A DNA stretch of 64,000 bases from an uncultured Nitrososphaerota archaeon (GTDB lineage Archaea; Thermoproteota; Nitrososphaeria; Nitrososphaerales; CADDZS01): NCBI GenBank assembly GCA_963799845.1, contig CAWCYI010000004.1:512001-576000 (forward strand). Reading direction: 5' to 3'. A program made the position numbers and the translations under genes. Positions 10,283 through 21,274 of the stretch are shown one piece after another. Below the pieces are notes generated by a model. That model made no database searches and was not told the DNA's origin. It saw nothing but the letters and a program-made list of their open reading frames with translations. Position 1 is the first letter of the stretch, and each line of letters opens with the position of its first letter.

Positions 10283-10765
10283 TTGTCTAAGAAAGAATTA
10301 AGAAACTGCCAGAATTGCGGTCATCCGATTCTACAGCCAGTAATCAGTGATTTTTGCACCAACTGTGGCAAACTTACGGAAGTAGGCACTTATGATTCAT
10401 CATACGTTCCAAAACAAAATGAAATCCTTTTCGAAGTCAACACGCTTTTGGGAAAATCATACAAGTTTTTTCCAGACAGATTTGTAATTTCAAAGGGTTC
10501 TAACCAGTTAGAAGAAATCCCTTATTCAATGCTAAAAGATTGCGATGCTCAATTCTTTTCTAATGATGAGGCTTGGGGTGGCGGTGGCTATGGCGGCCCG
10601 AATTACTTCATGCGAATAACGCTAACACTAAAAGAAAATCCTTTGCGTTACGTCGAATTTAGGGGTAATCCAATAAACGGAAAACTTGGATCAGATCTAG
10701 CAACCTGGCTCAATGTCAAGCTTGCCGAGAACGAAGTCAATCAACCGAAAGTTGTCAAGACCTAG
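10283..10765 (+). CDS. Double zinc-ribbon + PH-like domain protein
   Basis: CQNCG...FCTNCG; YKFFPDRFVI...EIPYS. Confidence 0.75.
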   Translation: MSKKELRNCQNCGHPILQPVISDFCTNCGKLTEVGTYDSSYVPKQNEILFEVNTLLGKSYKFFPDRFVISKGSNQLEEIPYSMLKDCDAQFFSNDEAWGGGGYGGPNYFMRITLTLKENPLRYVEFRGNPINGKLGSDLATWLNVKLAENEVNQPKVVKT

Positions 10766-10864
10766 AGGGCTGACGATTTTCAAAAGTAAAGAAATTCCAT
10801 TTCAAATTTCCGAAGGATTGAATCTTCGAAAAATTATCATCATTCAATAATATACTCAGCTCAG

Positions 10865-11698
10865 CTACACGGCTCTTCCGCAACTGGGACAGAATTTCGA
10901 ATCCATTTCGAGGGGCGAACCACAAGACGCGCAGAAACGACTTGGAGAACTGCTGGATTGCATTCCTGGTTGCAACGTTGGATATGGAGGTGGAGGAATC
11001 CACTGGTTCGAGTCTCCCGAGGGAGGCGTGACAGACGAAGGTCCGCAGGTGATATACGTGTAAGATATGATTACTGCCACCCAGGCGGCTAAGAATATGT
11101 TTAGGAGTTCGTCTATCACCTGCCCTAGCAAGTACGACACAGCAACTGAAATCAGCAGGTCAAAGACAACGAAAGTGACTGCGTATACGACTCCCACTGC
11201 CAAGAACATCAGAAACGTGCTACCTTTCTTGTCGCGGCCAAAAGCTTTGCTTGCACTCATCCCTTCCGTGGCTCCCCTGTTCTCCAACATTATGGCGGGA
11301 ACAGTATACGCATACCAAGTCGCGAGGATGATTCCTGGGACAATTAGAGCGATAGTGCCCAGAGCCACAAGCAGTCCCACGAGGATGCCTGCACCGAGCA
11401 ATGTCCAGAATCTCTTGAGCGCCCTTCCCATCGCATCAGTAATGGAAAACTGGCCACCATCGACTACGGCTTTGACAATGAAGGGGTAGGTTCCGCTGAC
11501 TATTATTCCAAGCACGAAAGAGACTATGTCTAGGAGTATTGTCAGAGGAGAGAAAAGAGACCCTCTCAGAACCAGAGCGATGAGGAAAGTAGGAATCACT
11601 GCTATCACCTGAGGCACAAGTAGTATAGGATTCTGAATGAGTAGGTGTACTGACCTGTCGAGCACTTCTCCTACCTTGATCGGTTTCCCGACTGTCAT
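10865..11698 (-). CDS. Multi-TM membrane protein with C-terminal zinc ribbon
   Basis: ALIVPGIIL membrane-domain motif; FCASCG...FCPSCG. Confidence 0.85.
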   Translation of the reverse strand: MTVGKPIKVGEVLDRSVHLLIQNPILLVPQVIAVIPTFLIALVLRGSLFSPLTILLDIVSFVLGIIVSGTYPFIVKAVVDGGQFSITDAMGRALKRFWTLLGAGILVGLLVALGTIALIVPGIILATWYAYTVPAIMLENRGATEGMSASKAFGRDKKGSTFLMFLAVGVVYAVTFVVFDLLISVAVSYLLGQVIDELLNIFLAAWVAVIISYTYITCGPSSVTPPSGDSNQWIPPPPYPTLQPGMQSSSSPSRFCASCGSPLEMDSKFCPSCGRAV

Positions 11699-11798
11699 AT
11701 TCTGGAATGTGTCGAGGTCATGATTGTATTGTATTTATTCCTGATGCGAATGAAGAATCAAATTCTTCGCGTCCCTGACATTGAGATAATTCTAATCG

Positions 11799-12460
11799 TT
11801 AGGATTCATCTGAGATCTCCTCGAAAGTTGGATCTGGAATTAAGTCAAATGCTCGTTTAGCCAAGATCAACCATACGCAACGAATGGACCTCCTATGATC
11901 GCAATTGGAAGTGAGTACCGCCATGGAAGAAAGGCACATGGCGGCTCAAACAAAATAGATGCAAATGTGAAGATCGATAAGAACATGAGCCCAAAGCGAT
12001 TTTGTTGCATCTTTTGTGATAGAATGAAAAGTGAATTTGGTTATGATTTTTTTCTTAAATCTAGCACGGGCCGATAATGCCACCGAAGACGGGATTAGAG
12101 CCGTAACAAGATTGTAGTCCCGAATTAAGATCGTAAGTTACACCTAAACCAAAAGCATAGCATGTTAGGGAATTGTACCAGCTAATTGCGATGTCAGCTT
12201 GACCGTTAGGACAGGGAATGTGGATTGTTTGAACATCCACAGGAGCAAGGAAAAAGAAACCAAGAATGAGCACAAGTATAAGAACAATGAACAGAGATTT
12301 TCTCCGCAAATTGTTCTGTTTTTTGAGATTTCCCTACTTATGAGCTAAGCTGTGTATATCCCAAATATGTCTCTCCTCTCGAAAACGAACGTTCCAATCA
12401 TCTTGATCGCCATTGGCTAAATCATCTGTCAAATCAAGAATCAGTCCTCGATGACTTGGT
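11799..12460 (-). pseudogene. Paralogue of 8559..8840, split by an insertion
   Basis: 11799-12000 aligns to 8559-8760 (FEPPCAFLPWRYSLPIAI...AKRAFDLIPDP). 12358-12457 aligns to the 5' end and upstream region (gaatcagtcctcgatgact vs gaatcagtccttgatgact). Confidence 0.85.
12061..12309 (-). CDS. Small membrane-anchored Cys-containing protein
   Basis: MRRK + TM + FFFLAPV, four Cys; lies inside the 12001-12357 insertion. Confidence 0.7.
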   Translation of the reverse strand: MRRKSLFIVLILVLILGFFFLAPVDVQTIHIPCPNGQADIAISWYNSLTCYAFGLGVTYDLNSGLQSCYGSNPVFGGIIGPC

Positions 12461-12488
12461 AACTAATTAGGAACTTGCAAGTTTCCAT

Positions 12489-13137
12489 CTATTTCCGAAC
12501 CAAAGTCAAACAGAAATGTTCGTCCTTCTTCGCCAGTTGCTTAACCGTACATTTCTTGAATAATCCGACCAACTCGGCTTTGAAGAAATGGTGATGCGGA
12601 ATGTTTGCCTCTATTCCCTTGGACCATATCAGAGTGCCAGGCTCAACTTCAATAGCGTACGGGTTTTGGATTTTCTCGGATTTCGACCAGCTGAGGTACC
12701 TCAACGTAAATGTATCCACCCTTTCTCGTCACCCTCTCGATTTCGGCAGCGATTTTTCTGATCTTGTCAATGAAAGCGTGGTGGAAGACCCTCATTACTA
12801 AGACACCGTCAAAAAATGAATTGGTGTATGGAAGTGGGACATCATTCATGTCCCAAATTTTTAGTTTTGCACCAAGCCGTTCCTTATACAATTCTACTCT
12901 AGTACGGCTTACAGCCGTTCGTGACCAGTCAAAACCATAAACATGGAATCCCGACTTGGCAAAATAGACTGTATGTCTGCCCGTACCGCAACCAAAGTCG
13001 AGTACTCTCAGAGTTCTTCTTCTCCGCTTCTTCTTCATCAGACTTGTTGATAGGGAGACCACGGCTTCCTCTATCCGTCTGTCTGGATACCAGTCGAGCC
13101 AAGTGTACTTGATGACAGGTCGGGGTTTATGGGGCAT
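12489..13137 (-). pseudogene. Class I SAM-dependent methyltransferase, frameshifted (+1 near 12690)
   Basis: VLDFGCGTGRH motif I; C-terminus continues in ORF 12489..12719 (PHHHFFKAEL). Confidence 0.8.
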
Positions 13138-14365
13138 CTTTAGCGATCTACGACCAAATGGACAATTTGAATCAGGATAGGTAACTCTCTAAGTGGTGAA
13201 CGATATGTCTTTTCCTTCTTATTGAACCGCTGAATGGGATAATGATCAAGGGCGGCGAGTACCTCGAAAGGACTCAGAAGATTGACACGATTGTCTTTGA
13301 CAAAGTTTGGGAGACTATCCCACTTACGTTTAGCTTCTTTCAATCAGCTGTAGTTTCTTCCCTGATACTCGCTCAGACATTCCATCGAGCAAAGCAAACC
13401 TTGTTCACGGATTTCTAGATTCGTACCTGAGATTCAGGTGTTCGAATTATAGAAGAAATTTATCCTTGTTCGTCGGAAAACGATGTCGTGCTTTTTCTTC
13501 TAACCACTGACGGCTCTATTCGTTCGTTTCATTGCATGATAACTTCTTTGGAAGCTCTGGATCCGTTCAATGTTGGAGTCTTGTTTGCCGAAGAGTTATC
13601 GTGATTAGGCAATTTCGCAAGTGCCTTAATACTGAGTAATCTAGTAGCGAAGTTCGCACTCTTAAAAGCCCGAAAATTTGTTGTGTTTTGGGAAGGGGTG
13701 TAGTCGCTGGCGAATGGGTTATACCATCTTCAGCGCTCACTCTTTCCCGCCTCATATTGCTCATGAACTGTCTGAAAGTTTCGAGGGAAGCTTTGCTTTG
13801 GTCTATCGGATTTGGGCAATAACTGGGGAAAAACGATTGTACATTTTGCGTTAGAACTCTCCAATAAACGTCAAAGGTTATGACATGAGCAGCAGTGTAC
13901 AACATGTGCAATGAGTTCCGTTGAACATACCTACAGAGAAGTGGCCAAGTTTGTCTCTCTTGCTCTCTCTGTCACTCCCAATACCAAAACTGAAGGTTAT
14001 CTGGAAGAAGCTTGGAAACTGATTGAGACGCTTCCAGATAAGAATAAGCGTGGTTTTCGGTACACGTACCCTGAGATCTACGAAGCGATAACCGTCGGAA
14101 AAGGCCGACCTTAATAGAAGCGCTCAGGGATGAGCTTTCAGAGTTAAGTCTGACTACGAAGGAAGACGTTGAATCCATACAAAAAGATGTAGAGGAAATT
14201 GAAGATCAGAAGAAATGAGTCAGTTCTTATGAATACTTTGCAGACAACTTTGAATTGTTCGTATCTTTCCTACCGATTATCTACGGAGCATCTTCTCAAA
14301 CAGAAGAATAACAGCCGTCAACAGAAGGAAGAATTTGTAATTTAGCAAGTCATACGAATCTGCCC

Positions 14366-15203
14366 TTGAAAATCCAAGAGTTAACTCCCGAGCTGGTGCT
14401 GAGCGTAAGACGGTATCTCGGTAAAGATCCGATTCCGAATGTTTACGTCCTCCAAAATCTTGGTCCTGTTAACCAGAAGCCGACATTCTTTGTCGCGACA
14501 GACGAAGAGAAAAGTCAAAACATCATCGGCATTCTACTCATCCGTAACGGGTTGCGGGGGTCATCCAGTTGCCTGGCTTGTCTCGGAATCAACTGAAGCC
14601 GCAGCAGAACTGGCTAGATTCATTCAATTTCCTGCTGGGTCGATTTGGACGACTAATGAACTCGGAAAAGTTCTCGATGAGGAATTTAATGATCGAATCA
14701 AATCAAAAATGCAATTTAACGTAATGAGATTGGATAAATTAAGAAAAGGACTTGAAATAAAACATGAGTGGAGGAGACTGTCTGCAATCGATTATTACCA
14801 ATGGCCAAGAATGAATGTAATGATGGATAGAGAGGAGTCGGACGAACGTCTGCCTGACAAAGAAAATACTGCACGAGAGCCGACGATCGAAGAACTGGAA
14901 TCAGCCAAAAGTTTTCTAGACAGATCTGTAGCATTCGGGATATTTGATGGAGACGAGCTGATTTCTATGGCCTCGGTCGAGGTGTTAAGTCAGTTGGATT
15001 CGGTTATTCGAAGGGTCTTTACACATCCAAAGTACCGAGGTCAGGGATTTGCAAAATCTGTGACCTTGGTTTCGGTGAAGGAAGGGCTCTAACACAGCGA
15101 GAGGGCATTGCTGTTTGTGAGGAAGGATGACTACGCAGCAATAAAGGTCTATGACGATATTGGATTTAGTACTGTAGCTGAAAGGGTACAATACGAGCTT
15201 TAG
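14366..15203 (+). pseudogene. GNAT (FR47-like) acetyltransferase pseudogene
   Basis: Frameshift near 14560; VFTHPKYRGQGFA motif; in-frame TAA at 15090 followed by LLFVRKDDYAAIKVYDDIGF to TAG 15203. Confidence 0.85.
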
Positions 15204-15333
15204 AGTTGCGTTTGGCGATCAGGTAGAATAGCTCTCACGTCGTATTGATAACTTACTGCCTAACCCAAAATGGTTCTTTAATAGACTGTGATTCCGAAGG
15301 CTGAAATAGACTCATCGTTCTGCGCTAGACACA

Positions 15334-16164
15334 TTGAATCGGAAAATCGAGCCTCCGTACTCTGTCATGGCTCCCTACTACAACGCGATTTACCGTGGCA
15401 TAGTGGACTACAGAGGAGATTGTGGTTTTCTGGAGAGAGTTCTCCGAATACATCATGAGGGAAGCAAAGTCCAATCAATACTTGACGTGGGTTGCGGCAC
15501 TGGAAGCCACGCCTTCATCCTCGCGGAGAAGGGGTACGAAGTAACGGGGATAGATGTTTCCAGAGCAATGATCAAGATCGCGATGTTACAGAAAAACAAA
15601 ATGAAGAATCCACGATTCTTTGAGATGGACATGAGGCGTGTTGATCTGCCACAGAGCGTGAAAAAGCCATTCGACGTTATTGTTTCATTTTTTGGTGGCT
15701 TTGGATATCTTCTTCGAGACATCGATGTGGAGAGTTTTTTCTCATCTGTGAAGAGGAATATGTCTAAAGATGGGTTACTATTTTTCGAGTTCTGGCAGAG
15801 CTCTGGGGTCGGACCAGAGGCCAAAACGTCTTCGGGGTTCAGGAGCTGGGTTGAAGCAGATGATAGGCGGAGAGGTTGGCACGTAATCAGGTTGGGCACG
15901 AGCAAATTCGACTCCAAGACGAAGATGATGACGTTGAAATTTGAAGGGTACGTCTTTGATAGCAAGAAAAAGGCAGTTTTGGATAGTTTCTACGAGGTTC
16001 ACAAGCTTAGGACTTTTTCTCTCGCCGAGATTAAGAGACAGCTTACCGTGAATGGACTCGAACCGTTAGCGTTCTACGACGCTTCGGACAACAAGAAGAA
16101 GTCTCTGACACCAGCCTCGGCGTCAAATTTCAGGATCGCCGTTGTGTCGAAAGTCGCAAATTAG
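15334..16164 (+). CDS. Class I SAM-dependent methyltransferase
   Basis: ILDVGCGTGSH, GIDVSRAMI, MDMR, FDVI motifs. Confidence 0.92.
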   Translation: MNRKIEPPYSVMAPYYNAIYRGIVDYRGDCGFLERVLRIHHEGSKVQSILDVGCGTGSHAFILAEKGYEVTGIDVSRAMIKIAMLQKNKMKNPRFFEMDMRRVDLPQSVKKPFDVIVSFFGGFGYLLRDIDVESFFSSVKRNMSKDGLLFFEFWQSSGVGPEAKTSSGFRSWVEADDRRRGWHVIRLGTSKFDSKTKMMTLKFEGYVFDSKKKAVLDSFYEVHKLRTFSLAEIKRQLTVNGLEPLAFYDASDNKKKSLTPASASNFRIAVVSKVAN

Positions 16165-16396
16165 ATTAGAGGATTGCGACGTGGTATTATCTTTGCAAGA
16201 GCCGTGACCAAGCCGACGCCTGTCGTCATGAAATCATGGGTCTTCTATTGTTACCTGCCCATCTAACCTTAGGTGGTTTGTACTCCCAATGAAGTAAGAC
16301 CGTGATATAGTAGCAGTAACTTGTTTTGAAATTATCTTACGCACGCTCGAATCGCTCATTAATCACAGGTTGTATCTTAATCAGCACACCGCGCGA

Positions 16397-17113
16397 TCAA
16401 GAGGCGGGCGCGACCAATGATCGCACCTTTGGGTTCTTAACCAGAAGCCACACCATCATTGATACCTCTCCAAGCGCTCCCAGTGCATCTGTAACGAGAG
16501 AAACAACATTCCCGTAAGGTAGCGACAGTAATGGGACAAGACTTTCTCCAAGGTAGGCAAAACATGCGATGACGAGAAAGACACCCAGAATGCGTGGAAA
16601 GAAACCTGATCTGTATACTAGAACCCCGAATGGGAAAAGCCAGAGGCCCCAAAATATATTGACAACATCAAGCCCATCGCCATGCAGATTGAGGAACACC
16701 ATGACCAGGGCGTCCAGCTGACTTTTTTGAAATACGGACAAGAAGTTAGCACTGCTCAATAGTTCCAGAGCAGCAAACTCGTTCAACACGTTCAGGAATG
16801 AGATGGGAACGGCGATCAGCACGAAGGCTACCATCAGTGAAGCATATCCCTTGTTGACCCCATTGAGTAAGCGATACAGAGCCTTGGCACATAAGAAAAG
16901 CACTATCGCGGAGATCAGTTCACCAATGATGCCGATGCGGAAAAGCGTCTCGGAAGCCAAGATGTTGCTGGCCGTCTCGGTTACGTTTCCAGGCACGACC
17001 AAAGTAGGGAGAATAAAGATGATGTTGAAGCCTCCTGCAAGGCTGGCTAACAAATACCAGATTCCTGCGATTCTTCCAGTGTTCTTGGTTGGGTAAATCT
17101 GCTTCTCTAGCAA
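16397..17113 (-). CDS. DUF4386-like membrane protein
   Basis: GRIAGIWYLL...TASNILASETLFRIG...IFWGLWLFPFGVLVYRSGFFPRILG. Confidence 0.85.
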   Translation of the reverse strand: MLEKQIYPTKNTGRIAGIWYLLASLAGGFNIIFILPTLVVPGNVTETASNILASETLFRIGIIGELISAIVLFLCAKALYRLLNGVNKGYASLMVAFVLIAVPISFLNVLNEFAALELLSSANFLSVFQKSQLDALVMVFLNLHGDGLDVVNIFWGLWLFPFGVLVYRSGFFPRILGVFLVIACFAYLGESLVPLLSLPYGNVVSLVTDALGALGEVSMMVWLLVKNPKVRSLVAPAS

Positions 17114-17149
17114 TTTAGGTCATCGAAGAAGCGAAGAACCGAAGCTTGA

Positions 17150-17198
17150 GATAAAAGACTCACGTGTTAACGACAGGTGTTGATGACACGTTTCCCTT
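17150..17198. promoter_or_regulatory. Bidirectional promoter, copy 1, with triple box
   Basis: gataaaaga-ct-CACGTG-N7-CAGGTG-N7-CACGTT-tccctt; aligns without gaps to 27652 and 28262. Confidence 0.75.
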
Positions 17199-17238
17199 AT
17201 GTTGTAAATCACGATGATTTATTTCTAGGTCTTGAGAT

Positions 17239-17949
17239 GTGAATTCAACCTCTGAAGATCCCAGCCGACGGCAAGACATACAATCCAGCCTCAAGTCAAT
17301 TGTTGAAAGTTCCGACAAGTGGTTAGGGCGTCTCAGTAGACGAGAATCGCGGGTAAGACTCGCTAGTTCGTTCTTGACTGTGATCCTTGCCTGGGCGCTA
17401 ATTGGAGGGGTTTTCCTTGGGCTCATTGTAATTCAATTTGGGGCTTTTGGAGGTCTTTCCCACTTTTTTCAACAGCCCATTCTGGACGAATCAGTCGCGG
17501 CCACCGTATTTCTCGCGGGAGTGATCAGCGGCTTTGCAACCTTTTTCTTACTAAAGAGGAAGCACGAGGCACAATTGAAGGAGTTATCCTCCCTAATAGC
17601 AGAAATGAAAAAGGTCGAGGAAGATCAAAAGAGGGCTGCGAACGACGGGAACGGTGAAGTGGTCGCGGAAAACGCACTCTACTTGGCGGATAAGATGCTC
17701 ACGCTTCTTCCCGAAATGGTAAGGAAGAGAGGTCAGGATTCTCTATTATTCGGCGTAGTCGTGTTCATAGTCGCAGAAGTTGTCGGTAGGAATCTCGCAG
17801 TTGCAATCTTGGTTGGAGCGATTGTGTGGCTATACTTCAGATACGAGTTTAGCAGGACATATGAACAAGAGATGTCAAAGTTCGAAGAACAGAAGAGAGT
17901 CTTTGAGCAACGAAAGAAGGATTTCATGGAGACTATGGAGACTCTGTGA
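17239..17949 (+). CDS. Membrane protein with coiled-coil segments, copy 1
   Basis: Four TM plus charged helices; close paralogue of 28370..29056. Confidence 0.85.
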   Translation: MNSTSEDPSRRQDIQSSLKSIVESSDKWLGRLSRRESRVRLASSFLTVILAWALIGGVFLGLIVIQFGAFGGLSHFFQQPILDESVAATVFLAGVISGFATFFLLKRKHEAQLKELSSLIAEMKKVEEDQKRAANDGNGEVVAENALYLADKMLTLLPEMVRKRGQDSLLFGVVVFIVAEVVGRNLAVAILVGAIVWLYFRYEFSRTYEQEMSKFEEQKRVFEQRKKDFMETMETL

Positions 17950-17958
17950 TTCTAGGGA

Positions 17959-18231
17959 TTGGAAAAGCCAGACGTCTATGTGGTAGCTCGCTTTCTTGAG
18001 ATCATGTACAGGAACGGTTCGTCGATGAAAAAGACGAATATTCAGATGCTCGTGGGTATCCGCTACCCGCGCTTCATTGAGTACCTCGAATGGTTATTGA
18101 AACACGAGTTTGTTGCAGAGAGTCTTGATGAAGAAAAAGCGAAGATAATAATCTTGACGCCGAAGGGGATTGATTCATACCACAGGCTTGTAGCTTTGAT
18201 AAAAGAAACTTTCGACGTAGAAAAGATATGA
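17959..18231 (+). CDS. Archaeal winged-helix regulator (HTH_45-like), copy 1
   Basis: KKTNIQMLVGIRYPRFIEYLEWL...LTPKG. Confidence 0.88.
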   Translation: MEKPDVYVVARFLEIMYRNGSSMKKTNIQMLVGIRYPRFIEYLEWLLKHEFVAESLDEEKAKIIILTPKGIDSYHRLVALIKETFDVEKI

Positions 18232-18532
18232 CGCTTATTTGATGATGTTCAATTATCCTAAGGTGTAGGACAAAATAAGTGCTAAAATAAGCGAGATGTG
18301 GATCTCTCGTAAGAGATTCCTTTGGTCTATAGTGGATCTGAGAAGAAACACGAAGGTTTGCAGATGGCACGCAGGTCTCACCTGCCGAGCGAATCATCTG
18401 ACTTGTGTCAGATTAAGAAAGAGATCACGAGATGATCGCCGAATGTCCGAGTGGACAGTCTAACGGAGAAAGCAAATAAGGAACCAGGCCAAAGACAAGC
18501 TTAGAATTACGAGCATATCCATTAAATTCTAG

Positions 18533-18573
18533 AGTACCCGCACCCTATACGGATCCGAATCCCCAGAGGCCCG
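18533..18573 (+). repeat. ~40-bp imperfect direct repeat, copy 1
   Basis: agtacccgcaccctatacggatccgaatccccagaggcccg vs 20949-20987. Confidence 0.5.
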
Positions 18574-18907
18574 TTTTACAACGACAGAAGATTTTGATCT
18601 CTTGTCCATGATGTCTAAGGAAGAATGCGAAGAGAAAGCAGAATCTGCAAACAAACAGAAGCTTTCAGAATCAGAAATAAGACGAATCGTAGAAGCTACT
18701 CTAACAGCTCCTGCTCAGGCCCTTCAACATGCCTCCAATTTTTAGTGGAATATTGGTAAAGATGTGGCACAAACGACCGAATTATTATTATCCACGATCG
18801 CGGACGAGAAAAAAGGACGTGGGCCTATTTGGTGACTGACATTAAATTGGTTATGCAAAACCGGTTCGCAGGGTTCTGCCTACGCGTCCGCGGAAGGTCA
18901 TCATCTA

Positions 18908-20884
18908 ATGTTTGAGCAAGGCGAGCGACAGCTTGTAGCCATTATGTTTACCGACATTGTGGGATATACTGCCCTAACCCAGCGCAATGAGTCGCTTGCA
19001 TTACAGCTCGTCGAACGACACTGGAAACTTGTCCGCCCTGTCTTGACGAGATATGGAGGAAGAGAAATCAAGACCATTGGAGACGCTTTTCTGATCGAAT
19101 TTGGAAGCGCTCTTCAAGCGACCGAGTGTGCATTTGAAATCCAAAAGGCCCTTCGCGACTACAACGAGATCGCCGGCAGCGCCTTAGAGCAAATTAGCGT
19201 GAGAATCGGGATTCACATCGGGGATGTGGTGCGTGCGAAAGGTGACGTATTTGGAGACGCGGTGAACATTGCTTCGAGAATTGAACCGCTCGCGAAGGGC
19301 GGCGGGATCTGTATTTCGGGGCAAGTTTTTGACCAAGTTAGAAACAAAATTCCCTATCGCGCAACCCTGCTGGAGAAAGCCCAGCTGAAGAACGTGGCTC
19401 TCCCCGTCGAGGTGTACAAATTGGATCTTCCGTGGGAAAAGGCGAGTGATCCTTCTCCTTCTGCACCGAGCCTTCTTCCAGCAGACCGCATTGCGGTCTT
19501 GCCATTTGTGAACATTAGTCCGGATCCCAACGACGAGTATTTCGCAGATGGGTTGACCGAAGAATTGATCGCAAACCTATCCCTGGTGCGCGGATTGAAG
19601 ATCATTGCGCGCACGTCGGTAATGAACTACAAGAAAGAAAAGAAGAGCGTCGCCGTGATCGGAAAAGAGCTTGGCGTAGGTACAGTGGTAGAAGGAAGCA
19701 TCAGGAAGGTTGCAAACCGGATCAGAGTAACGGTACAGGTAATCGATGTGAATACTGAGGAACACCTATGGGCTTCAAACTACGATCGCAGTCTCGATGA
19801 CATTTTCGCTGTGCAGAGTGACATTGCCGCGAGAGTGGCTGAATCTTTGCCGCAGGCTATGATACCGAAATCGAGACTCCCAGAAAATCGTGAGGAATTG
19901 CAGGACACCGATAATGTAAGCGCGTACATGTACTTTCTTCACGGTAGACAGTCGATGTACAGTGCAGATGCGATCTCTTTGAGGAAATCGTTGGAGCTTT
20001 TTGATAACGCGACTCGATTAGATCCCTACTTTGCACGCGCGTATGTTGGCAAGGCACGCGGTTTCATATCTTTGGGAACAGAGAACGTCCTTCCATGGAA
20101 GCAATCGATTGAGGCGGCCGAAGAGGCAGTAGATAGAGCGTTGGCGATTAACCCCAATCTTTCCTCGGCTCATGCTATCCTATCAGAACTCGCGTACATG
20201 AGCGATGATCTCGAGAGGTGCGCCGCCGAAGCCAGGAAAGCGATCGAATTGAATCCCAACCTTGCAGACGCTTATTTTCAGTTGGGCGAATACTTGGCAC
20301 TGAAGGGAGACCTTAGCGAATACGTCAGCCAGCTGAAGACAGCTCATGAACTCGACCCACTGTCTCCCATGATAGTGCGCAGATTCGGGTATGCGCTTCT
20401 ATATGCAGGGCGGGGGGACGAAGCGAGGGATCACTGGTACAAAACTCTGCATCTTGATCCTTTCAATGCGTATAGAGGCCTCACAGATTATTTCATGATA
20501 AAGGGTGAATATGATCAGGCTGCGAAGATGGTAGGAGAACTCGAAAAACTCCAACCGCTCAGCTCATTCACATTGCTCAACATGGGTTTTTTGGCGGCGC
20601 TGCGCGGAGATCGAGAAAGGGCAGAGAGCGTGATCCGGACAATGAAGCAAAATTACCCCTCGGGATCAGTTGCTTCAGCCTTTGCTGGTTTGATCTATTT
20701 TGCCTTGGGAGACCTTGACAAGTTCTTTGTTCAGATGCAAGAATCATCCGCCAACAATACTCTACCCGCTCTGATCCTAATGCGATCTCCGCTTTTTGCA
20801 GGGGCAAGAAAGGATCCTCGAATGCTTCCCCTTTTTTCCAAATTAGGCATAACGATACCGTATCGGATCGAAAAGCTCGCTTAA
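18908..20884 (+). CDS. Class III adenylate cyclase with TolB-like and TPR domains
   Basis: [30 protein letters not shown]; IAVLPFVN...[10 protein letters not shown]; TPR repeats. Confidence 0.95.
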   Translation: MFEQGERQLVAIMFTDIVGYTALTQRNESLALQLVERHWKLVRPVLTRYGGREIKTIGDAFLIEFGSALQATECAFEIQKALRDYNEIAGSALEQISVRIGIHIGDVVRAKGDVFGDAVNIASRIEPLAKGGGICISGQVFDQVRNKIPYRATLLEKAQLKNVALPVEVYKLDLPWEKASDPSPSAPSLLPADRIAVLPFVNISPDPNDEYFADGLTEELIANLSLVRGLKIIARTSVMNYKKEKKSVAVIGKELGVGTVVEGSIRKVANRIRVTVQVIDVNTEEHLWASNYDRSLDDIFAVQSDIAARVAESLPQAMIPKSRLPENREELQDTDNVSAYMYFLHGRQSMYSADAISLRKSLELFDNATRLDPYFARAYVGKARGFISLGTENVLPWKQSIEAAEEAVDRALAINPNLSSAHAILSELAYMSDDLERCAAEARKAIELNPNLADAYFQLGEYLALKGDLSEYVSQLKTAHELDPLSPMIVRRFGYALLYAGRGDEARDHWYKTLHLDPFNAYRGLTDYFMIKGEYDQAAKMVGELEKLQPLSSFTLLNMGFLAALRGDRERAESVIRTMKQNYPSGSVASAFAGLIYFALGDLDKFFVQMQESSANNTLPALILMRSPLFAGARKDPRMLPLFSKLGITIPYRIEKLA

Positions 20885-20948
20885 GAATTGTGATTGTTTG
20901 GGATTATCGCTTGCCCGTTCCCAGTTCTGATCAATTTGACTGGAGGTT

Positions 20949-20987
20949 AGTACTCGCACTTATCAGGTGCGAATATCCAGAGGCCCG
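20949..20987 (+). repeat. ~40-bp imperfect direct repeat, copy 2 (hairpin-forming)
   Basis: agtactcgcacttatcaggtgcgaatatccagaggcccg. Confidence 0.5.
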
Positions 20988-21079
20988 CATCTATTTGGTT
21001 ACGAAACCAAATGCGGTTCCAGACCTAATTATTTGCGAATCGATGTGCTTCCGACAATATTGAAAGAAGGGTGGATTTT

Positions 21080-21274
21080 TCATCTACCGCCGACTTTCTC
21101 AAGTTCATTTTCAGCCGATATGTACTGGGAATTAAGCTCCCCAATTGGATGGACCCGTGAAGTGGAAAGGTCGGATCCTTCTCGTTTCTTGCTTTCTTTT
21201 CCCTTTGCCCTCCGCTTTCGATCAGCCTTCTCTATCTTGCCGGCGAGTTTTGTGTGGGGGCGCTTGTTTTTCAT
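21080..21274 (-). CDS. Small basic protein
   Basis: ATG start, K/R-rich 64 aa. Confidence 0.5.
   Translation of the reverse strand: MKNKRPHTKLAGKIEKADRKRRAKGKESKKREGSDLSTSRVHPIGELNSQYISAENELEKVGGR

Noticed and set aside
13140-14330. Short ORFs 13140..13343, 13567..13911 and 13911..14114
   Set aside because: They look like degraded coding fragments, but I could not assign a family or a reliable frame.
281-16164. Integron cassette array
   Set aside because: Genes face both ways, no repeated RYYYAAC...GTTRRRY attC sites were seen, and there is no integrase in the window.
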